Below are positions 51,801-64,000 of a stretch of 64,000 bases of DNA, in pieces; within the stretch, counting starts at the first letter, position 1; the number at the start of each line of letters is the position of its first letter. Below the pieces are notes generated by a model. That model saw only the letters and a program-made list of their open reading frames with translations, did no database searches and had not been told where the DNA came from. The stretch comes from Heterodontus francisci. Lineage: Eukaryota. Made by a program: the position numbers and the translations under genes. The stretch lies in contig NC_090387.1 in NCBI RefSeq assembly GCF_036365525.1, positions 60,622,592-60,686,591 on the forward strand. Direction: 5' to 3'.

Positions 51801-51930
51801 GAGCAGGTCAACCCCGTCCACAGGCAAACTAGGGACGATCCCGTGATCACCGGTCCCGAAACTAGGTCGCACCCAATGTGAACGTACGGGCGTACACTGC
51901 CCTCCAATACCATTCACCACCATTCTGGTA
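48898..51930 (-). mobile_element. Decayed Gypsy (Gmr1-like) LTR retrotransposon: 3' LTR 48898-49893 plus deleted internal region
   Basis: LTR preceded on the minus strand by a purine-rich tract (gagggtggcgg); protease-like NGIGG...LPVDGVDLLLGNDLAG followed by integrase zinc-finger remnant ILKMAH..MAVHVGIRK...CQVEGKPQPAVKSVPL. Confidence 0.7.
50931..51303 (+). mobile_element. RTE-clade LINE 3' end inserted in the Gypsy integrase
   Basis: Exact 13-bp TSD ataccgacatgta (50918, 51304); FKDVCKRDMK..IDHKSWE and a C2H2 finger CSACGRVCHSRIGLYSH; (gaa)n tail. Confidence 0.88.
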
Positions 51931-53060
51931 AGATACTGTGTTCTGACTGGAAATGGAATGTTTCTATAAAGCTTTGAGATACCATTTGTGTTTGGCCATC
52001 GGAGAAAATAAGCCTTCGTGAATTTTGTTTGCAGCAATAATGTGGTTATTTGTTCTAGGAAAGAGTTACTTCTATTAAGGCCATGTGTGATTTAGAGGAC
52101 ACACCAACCATTTCGTAATGCAAAATACTCACATGGTATAATTCATTCTGGAAAAAAGATTTTGAATCTATAATTCTGTGATTTTATAAGATTTGATTTA
52201 AAGCTAAGACCTCTTAAAATGTTAAATGAAAAGAGGAAAACAGTTTTTATTTATTTCAGATTTCCAGCATATGTGGTATTTTGCATTTATTCTTGAAGTG
52301 TTCCTTTCCCATTCCATCCAAGAAAAAGGAGATTTTTAAAAACAAAGTAAGGATCAGTGAAGCTTCAGCTTCTGTGTCCTGCTGTTTTCACTTTTAAACA
52401 CAGTTGGAAGTTGCACATGCTTCTGCAAAGTCCATTAAAGGCTACATTCTGCAGTAAACCATTTTATTGGCTTTCAACCAATGTATTCCTCGCTGTGGAG
52501 AAAGATTTCCTTTGGACACATTCAGGGCACATTCTGATGTCACGTTCCCAGTGGGGAGTCTCCCTGCCAGCAATGCAAATTGGAAATATGGACAGGCACT
52601 GTGCCTGATATTGCGATGATGTTCGTTGGAAACCCTTGCACCCTGTGCCCCTGATTATATTTCCAGCCATTGAGGTCTCCCTACTCCCAGCATCCAAAAT
52701 GATCAATAGGTTTCTAATTTTGAGATGGATAATTCACAGGGAAGATCAGCACACGAGTAGGGAATTCTAACAACTTGCAAAAATAGTGGGTAAGGGGGAG
52801 AGGGCACCTTGTTTCCCCAGCATGGTGATCCATGTAAAAAGCAAGAATCCTTTTACTTTTTCTGCATGGAAGCTTAGACCTGTGTCAATGCTGCTGTACA
52901 ACCAGCCACTGTGAACTTTTTTGAGACTGTCTCGGAGTGAGCTGCCCTCTGTTCTGGTTTAGCAGAGTTTACCATGACTCTGCTGCCCTCCACTAATCAT
53001 TCATGCAAACATCAGGCATCAATCAAAACAGAATTTTGGGCAGGGTATTCTTGCAGCTTA

Positions 53061-53575
53061 TAGAGTCATAGAGTCAAAGAGAGATACAGCACTGAAACAG
53101 TTACACTCCTGTTCAAAAAAAGGGGAGAGGGCAAAACCTGGCAACAACAGGCAAGTGAGTTTAATGTCAGTGGTGAGAAACTTTTAGAAACAATAATTTG
53201 GGACAGAATTAATTGGTGCTGGCAAAAATATGGGTTAATAAATGAAAACTGGCATGGATTTGTTAAAGGCAAATTGTGTTTGACTAACTTAGAGTCATAG
53301 AGAGATACAGCACTGAAACAGGCCCTTCGGCCCACCGAGTCTGTGCCGACCATCAACCACCCATTTATACTAATCCTACATTAATCCCATATTCCCTACC
53401 ACATCCCCACCTTCCCTCAATTCTCCTACCACCTACCTATACTAGGGGCAATTTGCAATGGCCAATTTACCTATCAACCTGCAAGTCTTTGGCTGTGGGA
53501 GGAAACCGGAGCACCCAGCAGAAACCCACGCAGTCACAGGGAGAACTTGCAAACTCCGCACAGGCAGTACCCAGT
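53061..53575 (-). mobile_element. HE1 V-SINE (53291-53575) with a duplicated tail (53061-53100) bracketing a plus-strand CR1 fragment
   Basis: agagtca.agagagatacagcactgaaacag occurs twice; the intervening sequence is CR1 (VTLLFKKG...HGFVKGK.CLTNL). Confidence 0.75.
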
Positions 53576-54171
53576 GTTGCATTTTGCAACATTACAACAG
53601 TGATTATACTTCAAAATCCATCATTGACTCTGAAGTGCTTTGGGATGTCCTGAGGTCATGATAAGTGCTAGGTAAATGCAAGTTCATTCTTCCTGCTCTC
53701 TAGGTTAATTACCAGTCAGTGTATGGAATAAAGCCTTTTCTCAAAAGTGATTAATGTTTGGAACAATCTTCCAGACAAAACTCAAGGGTTGTAAAAAAAA
53801 AATACAGTTTGACACTAATGTGGCAGAGATGGAATCCTGGAGAGCTTCACAAGCAATGGGTCAAAATGATATTTTATATTAGTTGTAGAGTTATCGAGAG
53901 ATACAGCACTGAAACAGGCCCTTCGGCCCACCGAGTCTGTGCCGACCATCAACCACCCATTTATACTAATCCTAGTTTAATCCCATATTCCTTGACTTCA
54001 TATTTTTTAATATTGTTTAAGATAAATTGGGTTAAGTGTTTCCCAACAACTTGATCTAAAGCAGTGCCCTTGACATTCTGTGATGTTATTGTCATGGTGG
54101 ACCAATCATTTTGTTAATGGAGTAATTTTGCAGTCAGCCTGTGAACTTCATTTTTTCCCCACTTTAAATAG

Positions 54172-54217
54172 GAATTGATTGACTTGAAAATGATACAGTG
54201 CAAGAGAGTTGTGAATG
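54172..54217 (+). CDS. DUS2: DUS2 coding exon 2 (46 bp)
   Basis: tag|GAA...ELIDLKMIQCKRVVN+G|gtgagt; missed by the ORF track; phase matches neighbours. Confidence 0.95.
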
Positions 54218-54889
54218 GTGAGTTGACAATTTTTTCTTTTATATGGCTTTCTTTTCCCCTCTTCTCTTTTAGGAATGAATATTTAAGCAGTTTTCACACA
54301 TTTAGCAAAAGAAGTTGACTGAATTAAACTCAGTATTATAATATCAACATGTAACAGCGTTCCAAGCAGAATGTAAATACAGTGCAGGAATTGGGAATGT
54401 GACTACAGTTGCATTGCACAAAGTGGGTAAAGTTTCTGCTTTGGGTGCAATTGGGAAATTGTGCCCATAATACACTTGAAATTGCCCTGGTTAGGTAGCA
54501 CTTCAAGGTTCAGTAATTTCTGTTTATTTGCATAATCATAAACATAAAATCTTTCACGAACCAGCGTGATCAGGCAGCGTAGTAGAACATAACTCTTGCT
54601 TCTTAATCATTCCAGTAACAAGTATTCCTTGATATATCTAAGAGTGGTAACCTGGTAAATTTTAATAATGCAGCTGAAAATGTGTTTATCAGCAATAACC
54701 ATTTTTAATTAGATTACCCAGTCTTGGTAAGTAACCTGATTTTAACATTACTGATAATTACTTTTTTTAAAAAAAGCTATACTAAACCATTTAATAGTTT
54801 CATTGGTGTACACTAGTCAGTTCCTTAGTAAATTAAATATTTCGGATATGAAAAAGCTTTGAACATGCGCTTCCTAGTTCTTGTGTAAG

Positions 54890-57195
54890 AGCTAAGTGAT
54901 CCCACAACCAATCGATCAAATCAAAGCTCTGCAGTCCTGCCACATTCAGTCGTGAATATTGGCGGACAATTAGAAAACTAACCAGAGGAGGAGGCTTGAC
55001 AAATATCCCCATCCTCAATGATGGGGGGCCCCAGCACATCAGTGCAAAAGACAAGACTGAAGCATTTGCAACCATTTTCAGCCAGGAGTGTTGAGCGGCT
55101 GATTCTTCTTGGCCTCCTGTTGAGCTCCCCAGGATCACAGATGTCAGTCTTCAGCCAGTTCGATTGACTCCATGTAATATCAGGAACCAGTTGAAGGCAC
55201 TGGATCCTGAAAAGGCTCTGGGCCCCTCACAACATCCGGGCAATAGTACTGAAGACATGCTTCAGAACTAGTTGCATCCCTAGCCAAGCTGTTCCATTAC
55301 AGCTGCAACACTGACATCTACCCAGCAATGTGGAAAATTGTCCAAGTAAGTCCTATCCACAAAAAGCAGAACAAATCCAATCCAGGCAATTACCACTCCA
55401 TCAGCCTCTTTTCGATCATCAACGAAGTGATGGAAGGTGTCGTCGACTGTGATACTAAGCGGCACTTACACAGCAATAACCTGGGTTGTGCCAGGGCCAC
55501 TCGGCTCTTGACCTCATTACCGCCTTGGTTCAAATATGGACAAAAGAGCTGAACTCCAGAGGTGATGTGAGTGTGACTGCCCTTGACATCAAGGCAGAGC
55601 ATTTGACTGAGTGTGGCATCAAGGAGCCCTGGCAGAATTGAAGTCAATAGGAATCAGGGGTGGTGGGGGGGGGTGGGGGGGGGGGGGGTGGTGGGGAAGC
55701 TCTCCACTAGTTGGAGTCATACCTAGCACAAAGGAAGATGGTTGTGGTTGTTGGAGGCCATCTCAGACCCATTCTGATGAAAGGTCACAGACCTGAAATG
55801 TTAATTCTGCTTCTCTCTCCACAGATGCTGTCTGACTTGCTGAGTATTTCTAGCACTTTCTGTTTTCATCTTAGTCCCAGGACAGTTTTTATTTATTTAT
55901 TTAGAGATACAGCACGGAAACAGGCCCTTCGGCCCACCAAGTCTGTGCCGACCAAGAACCACCCATTTATACTAACCCTACAGTAATCCCATATTCCCTA
56001 CCACCTACCTACACTAGGGGCAATTTACAATGGCCAATTTACCTATCACCTGCAAGTCTTTGGCGGTGGGAGGAAACCGGAGCACCTGGCGAAAACCCAC
56101 GCGGTCACCGGGAGAACTTGCAAACTCCACACAGGCAATACCCAGAATTGAACCCGGGTCCCTGAAGCTGTGAGGCTGCGGTGCTAACCACTGCGCCACT
56201 GTGCTGCCCCTGCAGGACATCCTCAGGGTAGTGTCCTAGGCCGAGTCATTTTCAGCTGATTCATCAATGACCTTCCCTTCTTCATAAGGTCAGAAGTGGG
56301 AATGTTCACTGATGATTGCACGATGTTCAGTACCATTTACAACTTCTCAGGTACTGAAGCAGGCCGTGTCCATATGCAGAGAGACCTGGACAACATTCAG
56401 ACTTGGGCTGATAAGTGGCAAGTAACATTTGTGCCACACAAGTGCCAGGCAATGACCTTCTCCAACAAGAGGGAATCTAACCATCTCTCCTGACATTCAA
56501 TGACATTACCATCGCTCAAGCCCCCACTATCAATATCCTGGGGGGGTGGTTACCATTGACCATAAACTGAACTGGACCAGCCTAAAGATACTGTGGCTGC
56601 AAGAGCAGGTTAGAGACTGGGAATTCTGCAGCGAGTAACTCACCTCCTGATTCCCCAATGCCTGTCCACCATCTACAAGGCACAAGTGAGGAGTGTGATG
56701 GAATACTCTCCATTTGCCTGGATGCAGCTCCAGTAACACTCCAGAAGCTCGACACCATCCAGGACAAAGCAGTCCGCTTGATTGGCACTCCATTCACCAA
56801 CTTAAACATTCACTCCCTCCGCCACCGGCACACAGCACCAGTAGTGTGTACTATCTACAAGATGCACTGCAGCAACTCGCCATGGCTCCTTTGACGGCAC
56901 CTTCCAAACCCGTGACCTCTACCACCTAGAAGGACAAGCAACACCACCACCTGCAAGTTCCTCGCCAAGCCACACACCATTCTGATTTGGAACTATATTG
57001 TCGTTCCTTCACTGTCGCTGGATCAGAATCCTGGAGCTCTCCTCCGCACAGCACTGTGGGAGCACATTTACCTGAAGGATTGCAGCAGTTCAAGAAGGCG
57101 GCTCACCACAACCTTCTCAAGTGCAATTGGGGATGGGCAATAAATGCTGGCCTTGCCAACTACGCTCACATTCTGAGAAAGAATTTGAAAAAATA
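54890..57195 (+). mobile_element. CR1-group LINE (second family), about 2.3 kb, with nested Penelope terminus (about 55770-55868) and HE1 SINE (55885-56212)
   Basis: WKIVQVSPIHKKQNKSNPGNYHSISL, WHQGAL, MFTDDCT, WADKWQVTF; SINE flanked by caggaca TSD. Confidence 0.85.
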
Positions 57196-57462
57196 GAAAA
57201 TGAGTGCAACTTGAGCCTTCCCTAATCGGCAGAATCTCTCAATTTTAACCTGGGAGCTTGGCCAGTTGTGCGTGCAGGGCCCGATTCAGATGAGTTGAAT
57301 CTTGAACCAATGTAAAAAAGATGGCATTAAAAACGAGTGTCAGTGTTTTGGGCGTAACTCACATATGTTTTAAATTCCCTTGTTTTTTTGCACTAGTTTG
57401 GCCACTTCTGCCCAGATTGCATAACTAGAGAAAACGGGACTCTGGTATTTTTTATCCCATAG

Positions 57463-57822
<360 letters not shown>

Positions 57823-59261
57823 TAGTCATTTTGGATGGCTGTAAAAGCTTGAGCTGAATTAGCCCTGGATTAGTTGCACAGCTCTGTATTTTGTGCATTT
57901 TCTGGGTTAGAAACTTTCGGATTTGCCTAATGCCAAATTTAGGAGGAAGGGGAATGTGAAGATGTACAAAGTTCCTTGCAGCACTGATTTCAGGATGTTG
58001 AAAATTCATATATACCGCCTGCATGTTGGGCTATTGAAATGGAATTTTAAATGGGTTTGTCAGTGTGTGAAAAGATACAGGTGTCATTTTATATGTAAAA
58101 CAGCAGAATATTACAGTTAAGACTGATGAAATCAGTTTCAGTGAAGAGGTGTTGTCCACACTTTGTAACACAAGATAGTGACAAGTGTACATCGCTACCA
58201 ACAAACCCATTGGCCTAGACTGTGCTGCACCACAAAATGTGCTGTTAATGGCCTGCAAGATGGCGGGCAGGAAGTGCTTGCTCATTGCAAGCTGGAAATG
58301 TGTTTCCCACCTGCCAAGTTGGTAAAGGTCAAAAAATTGGCGCAGCATCTACACCTGTATTTAAAATATGCTCTCAGTTCTTGCAGAGGAACTCCTGATA
58401 ACAGAGTTCCAGAAGGAATGCTGGCAGCAAAAGCAAAGGCTGCCCTCTCTTGTGGAGTCCACTATCTTTTTAGCCAGCCTGAGATTTCCCCAATTTTATG
58501 TCTGTTTCCCTTGCATGTTTTGAAACTCTTAGCATAGCTTCTCTTGGTTATCATCATCTGTCACGGATCTGCTTTGCAATCCTCTGTTTTTAAATTTCAA
58601 CCCAATTAGATCTAAATGTCTTCCCTTCATCTTTGCCACCGATTTGATCAGTCATTCCTGTCAAAGTCTCTTTATAGCTGACATCTCCTGAATGTAGTTG
58701 GAAGCTGGTTTCCTAATGCTTTAGCAACAACCCTAAGTGGGTGGGGGGGGGTGATGGTGGGTGGTCGGTGTGGGTAGGGGGAGAAATATCTCCGGCATGA
58801 TTTTCCTGTTAGTGCCAATCCCACCTTAATGAACTGGGTTTACTTTGCCAGTATTGTACTATGTGGATTGGACAACTCTGGATTGGCTCCTGGACTAACT
58901 TAAGGGTGTGGGCCATGTTTGAAATGAAGGCAGACATATTGAAATACAGTTGGATCCTTCTCTATGACCTCACTGGGTCAGCCCACAGGGCTAAGGAGTT
59001 CTTAAATGTCTTCTCTCCATTGAGGGGGATAATATAGCAACTTTTTTAAAATCTGAAGAGATATTTTGGCTGCTTGTGTTTGAAATAGGATAGAATAGGT
59101 CAGAAGGGAGGTGGTGTAGGCTTCTAAGTCAAAGATAACCAGGACAAGATACGAGCAGTCGAGCACATCAGCAGCTGAATCCATTTATTTGGATTCATTT
59201 CATTCAGTGATACCATGTTTTAACATATACAGTGTAGAGTGTTTTAAAAGAGAAAAAAAGA

Positions 59262-59495
59262 GACTTGCATTTATGTAGCATCTTTCATGACCTCAAAATG
59301 CCCAAAGGCAGTTCGCACCCAGTGAAGTACTTTTTTTTTTCCAAGTGTAGCCACTGTTGTAATGTAGGAAACACGACAGTCAATCTGTGCACAGCAAGTT
59401 CCCATAATCAGCAACGTGATAATAACCTGTTTTTTAGGTTTTGGTTGAGAGATAGATATTGGCCATCTTTAAAATAGTGTCATGGGATCTTTTAG
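59262..59495 (-). mobile_element. Deu-domain SINE 3' fragment
   Basis: Homologous to 6646-6910. Confidence 0.7.
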
Positions 59496-59529
59496 ATTAA
59501 GCAAATAATACATCCTAGAATTTACTGCT

Positions 59530-61492
59530 ACTTCAAAAAGGGAGGGAGAGAGAAAGCAGGAAACTACAGACCAGTTAGCTTAACATCTGTCATAGGGAAA
59601 ATGTTCGAAGCTATTAAAGACGTTATAGTAGGGCACTTGGAAAAATTCAAAGTAATCAGGCAGAGTCAACATGGTTTTGTGAAAGCGAAATCATGTCTAA
59701 CCAATTTATTGGAGTTCTTTGAAGAAGTAACATGTGCTGTGGATAAAGGGCAACCAGTGGATGTACTGTACTTAGATTTCCAGAAGGCTTTTGATAAAGG
59801 GCCACAGCAAAGGTTATTCCAGAAAATAAAAGCTCCTGGTGTCGGGGGTAACATAATGGCATAGATAGGAAATTGGCTAGCTAACAGGAAACAGAGACTA
59901 GGCATAAATGGGTCATTTTCTGGTTGGCAAGATGTAATGGTTCAATGGCGGCACATTGGCGCAGTGGTTAGCACCGCAGCTTCTCAGCTCCAGCGACCCG
60001 GGTTCGATTCTGGGTACTGCCTGTGCGGAGTTTGCAAGTTCTCCCTGTGACCGCGTGGGTTTCCGCCGGGTGCTCCGGCTTCCTCCCACAGCCAAAGATT
60101 TGCAGGTGATAGGTAAATTGCCCATTGTAAATTGCCCCTAGTGTAGGTTGGTGGTAGGGGAATTGAGGGGATGTGGTAGGAATCTGGGATTAATGTAGGA
60201 TTAGTATTCTTCCTGTGACCGCATGGGTTTCTGCCGGGTGCTCCGGTTTCCTCCCACAGCCAAAGCCTTCAGGTTGATAGGTAAATTGGCCATTGTAAAT
60301 TGCCCCTAGAAGAGGTAGGTGGTGTTAGGAGAATTGAGAGAAGGTGGGGATGTGGTAGGGATTATGGGATTAATGTAGGATTAGTATAAATGGGTAGTTG
60401 ATGGTCAGCACAGACTCGGTGGGCCGAATGGCCTGTTTCAGTGCTGTATCTTTCTAAGTTCTAAGAATGGTGTGCCATTGGGATCAGTGCTGGGGCCTCA
60501 GCTTTTTACAATTTAAATAAATGACTTGGATGAAGGGACTGACGGTATGGTTGCTAAATTTGCTGATGACAAAAAGATAGGTCGGGAAATAAGTTGTGAA
60601 GAGGACATAAGGGGGCTACAAAGGGATATAGATAGGTTAAGTGAGTGGGCAAAGATCTGCCAAATGGAGTATAATGTGGTTAAAAATTGAAATTGTCCAT
60701 TTTGGAGGGAACAATAACAAAGATGCATATTATCTAAATGGTGAGAGATTGCAGAGCTCTGAGATGCAGAGGGATCTGGGTGTCCTAGTGCATGAATCAC
60801 AAAAGGTTAGTATGCAGGTTCAGCAAGTAATTAGGAAAGCTAATAGAATGTTATTGTTTATTGCGAGGGGAATTGAATACAAAAGTAGGGATGTTTGCAT
60901 CAGTTATACAGGGCATTGGTGAGACCACATCTGGGGTACTGTGTACAGTACTGGTCTCCTTATTTAAGGAAGGATGTAAATGCGTTGGAAGCAGTTGGGA
61001 GAAGGTTTACTAGACTAATACCTGGGATGGGTGGATTGTCTTATGAGGAAAGATTGGACAGGCTAGGCTTGTATCCGCTGGAATTTAGAAGAGTAAGAGG
61101 TGACTTGATTGAAACATATAGGATCCTGAGGGGTCTTGACAGGGTGGATGTGGAAAGGATGTTTCCCCTTGTGGGAGAATCTCGAACTAGGGGTGACTGT
61201 TTAAAAATAAGGGGTCACCCATTTAAGACGGAGATGAGGAGAAATTTTTTCTCTGAGGGTCATGAGTCTTTGGAATTCTCTTCCTCAAAAGATGGTGGAA
61301 GCAGAGCTTTTGAATATTTTTAAGGCCGAGGCAGATAGATTGTTGATCAGCAGGTGGGTGAAAGGTTATCGGGGGTAAGTGGGAATGTGAAGTTGAGGTT
61401 ACAATCATATCAGCCAAGATCTTATTGAATGGCGGAGCAGGCTTGACGGGCTGAGTGGCCTACTCCTGCTCCTAATTCATATGTTCATATGA
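59530..61492 (+). mobile_element. CR1 LINE 3' half including RT, interrupted by an HE1 SINE
   Basis: QHGFVKAKSCLTNLLEFF...YLDFQKAFDK, GSVLGP, KFADD, LVRPHLGYCVQYWSP; tail ggcctactcctgctcct...atatgttc. Confidence 0.92.
59948..60466 (+). mobile_element. HE1 V-SINE with internal tandem duplication
   Basis: Segment ttctccctgtgacc...ggattagtat occurs twice (about 60039 and 60208). Confidence 0.85.
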
Positions 61493-61747
61493 TACTAAAT
61501 CAGTTTTAAGTGTTTAAATAGAATGTGGCTCAGTGACATGAAGTTTACTACTATTTCACAGTTCAGAAATAGTGCTGCTAAGAATCTGAAAACATTATGC
61601 CAATTAGCCATGTCACTTTTGGATTTCATGATGTGCTGCTGTCATTTTATTGTAATGTACTTTCTCAGCCCTTCAAAAGCTTTTCGTATATTGTCAGCAC
61701 TCGTCTGGAAGTTAATCGTTTTTTTTTCTATTTCCATTACGTTGCAG

Positions 61748-61791
61748 GGCACAGCTGATGCTCAGAGAGCTCTAACTGTCGCACAGCTTGT
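61748..61791 (+). CDS. DUS2: DUS2 coding exon 4 (44 bp)
   Basis: ttgcag|GGC...GTADAQRALTVAQL+GT|gtaagt. Confidence 0.95.
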
Positions 61792-63375
61792 GTAAGTCTT
61801 TAAAAGGCCAGTCACAGTAAATGCCTAAAATGAACTTGCTGTAAAGTGCCCTCAAAGAACAGTTACACGATAAGTGAATGTAGGGGCATTAAACTATGAG
61901 GAAAAGAAAGTCCAATGTAATAAAGTCTTGCATGACTTATCATTTTTGAAGAGATTGGAGCTGTAATTGTTTATTACAAACAGTCCTGTTTCCTCAGGAA
62001 CACATTGATGAAAGAAGATTGGAAATCCTGGGAACTCTTAATTTTGAATTTTTTGCTGCTAAATTAGACGGAGGCTAAGTTGCAGAAGGTGGGGGGGGTG
62101 GGGGAGGGGGTGGTGGTGGTGGTGGTGGGGGCACGGCGAAGGAACCCTCCTAACTATCAAGGTGTGAAAGTGACTATTGCGCTTTGCTGTAAGCAAGTCT
62201 CTCCTGAAATATGGAGGGGAAAACATTTTTGCAAAGAGCTCATGAATATTCTTTTTCTCCTTGGAAAAATTGGGGCTAAAATATAGAGTCATAGAGAGAT
62301 ACAGCACCAAAACAGATAATTTTAAAACTTCCACTAAAGGGTCTTTATCAGCGCAACCCACTGACTCTGTGAGTTTATTCAGTGAGTGGTTTCACCACCC
62401 ACACCAGATCTCCAATCTATGAAGAGTTTATTGGTTTCAGCTAGCACCACAGCTGATCTGCTGCAATTGGCCTCAGTGCACCTGGGTTGAGGGAGAAATC
62501 AATCCTGACCTTCCTGCTGATCATTATCTAATGGCAGCTGTTAGAAAGTGTATTTCTGTGGATTCCAGGTGAGGACAGCATGAGGCTTTGCTGTAATGCA
62601 CCCCCCATGGTTAAATAGCCCATCACAAATCAGTCTAGACTTGCACATAAATTGGTCCCTTGGGCAAAGTGCTGGAGGGTAGCCTAGTGGCTTTATCCCA
62701 GAACTGTACCTCAGGAAGGTATCAATGAATTGAAGAGGGGAGAGGCGAAAGCTGATGGAAGGAAAAAGGAACAATATCCTCCTCAACAGGTTATGTTTAC
62801 TGATTAATTGACTGTAATTTTTATTTGGGGAAAAAAGGATGGCTAAAGATGAGAAAAATCAATCCATATTCTAGCTCCCATTCGCTGTCGAGTGACTCCT
62901 GATGGAAAGTGTCCATGTGTGGATTGCAGGAGAGAATAAAGTTGGATGCAGTAACACTAGGTTTCCATAACACTCTCCCTGTCATACATAAGTTTGTTGA
63001 TACACACTTTGTTGATAACTACTCCATTGTTATAAAACAGTGCATCCTCCAAATCACCTGACCAATCCACACTTCCAAAATAAAGTTTTAAATAAAATAA
63101 AAACATCAAAAAATTACATATTTCTCAATGCGATGGTGTACCCTATGTGGCACCAACAGTCTTATTGTAAAACAGCATATTCTAACAGCATGGTGAACAA
63201 CGCGATGGTGAACCTGCTGTTCATACAGTAAGAGGCTTTTGTTTAGAGCACACTTAAAAGTTTCACTTACTCTGGTCACACTTTAGTTATTGCACTTTGC
63301 ACATCAGTGTGTGCAGCATTGCAGACGATCAGCTAGTATACAAAAAAGTAACTCTTACGAATGTAAGGATTATGA

Positions 63376-63516
<141 letters not shown>

Positions 63517-63789
63517 TAACACTTTGCTTTCACCCATTGCAATGGATTTTTCCTACATTAAAGAATTACACTTATGCAGTTTGTGATTTACAAAAGTAGT
63601 GTTTGCATCCATAGTGCTGAATCAAATTTTTATTACCAATTGAACAAGTATTGCTCCTCGCTTATGTGAGTGCTTTGCTGTAGTAACCATGGTAGGGGTA
63701 GGGGTGGTTGCAAACAGCACATCTTGCGGGGCACGTACCCCAATAAATGTCGGCTGAATTTTTTATTTGGCAACCCATTTTCCTATATT

Positions 63790-63950
63790 GAATCACAAAC
63801 CTGACCGCATTCTCCCCAGCATGAAGGAGAAAGGAATAGAAGGATATGCTGATAGCATTTGAGTGGGAGGAGGCTTGTGTGGAGTATAAATGCTGGCATA
63901 GACCAGTTGGGCCAAATGAACTGTTTCCTTGTTATTAATTCTATGATACT
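63790..63950 (+). mobile_element. CR1-type 3' tail fragment
   Basis: gaaaggaatagaaggatatg...gtggagtataaatgctggcatagaccagttgggccaaatg. Confidence 0.55.
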
Positions 63951-64000
63951 GAGAGATTCTGATGGTTGTACTGGTCCGGGAAGACTCTTCAAATTGTGCT

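Noticed and set aside
62360-62990. Old SINE-like sequence, similar to about 45420-45560
   Set aside because: Probably an ancient repeat but too diverged to assign a family or boundaries by eye

Overview
Eukaryotic genomic DNA, almost certainly from a shark or other elasmobranch (HE1/V-SINE and SacSINE1/Deu-SINE repeats, GT-AG introns). Three host genes are present. (1) The last coding exon of a galanin receptor 1-like GPCR (+, 26333-26650). (2) The complete intronless mitochondrial DEAD-box helicase DDX28 (-, 36308-38005). (3) The 5' part of DUS2 (+; a probable non-coding exon ending at 38472, then five coding exons from 46875 to 63510), head-to-head with DDX28 across a small CRE/ETS promoter. 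The rest is dominated by nested transposable elements: CR1, L2, L1/Tx1, RTE, Penelope, Gypsy LTRs including a Gmr1-like remnant, Harbinger and several SINE families. The most notable observations are a 5 x 64-bp tandem array in the probable DDX28 5' UTR, in which four units carry a 4-codon uORF, and Penelope-terminus insertions carrying a minimal hammerhead-ribozyme motif whose stem II co-varies between copies. Several of those insertions are fold-back elements with 11-14 bp target-site duplications. All calls were made by eye with no database searches, and repeat boundaries are approximate unless a TSD or splice site is given.
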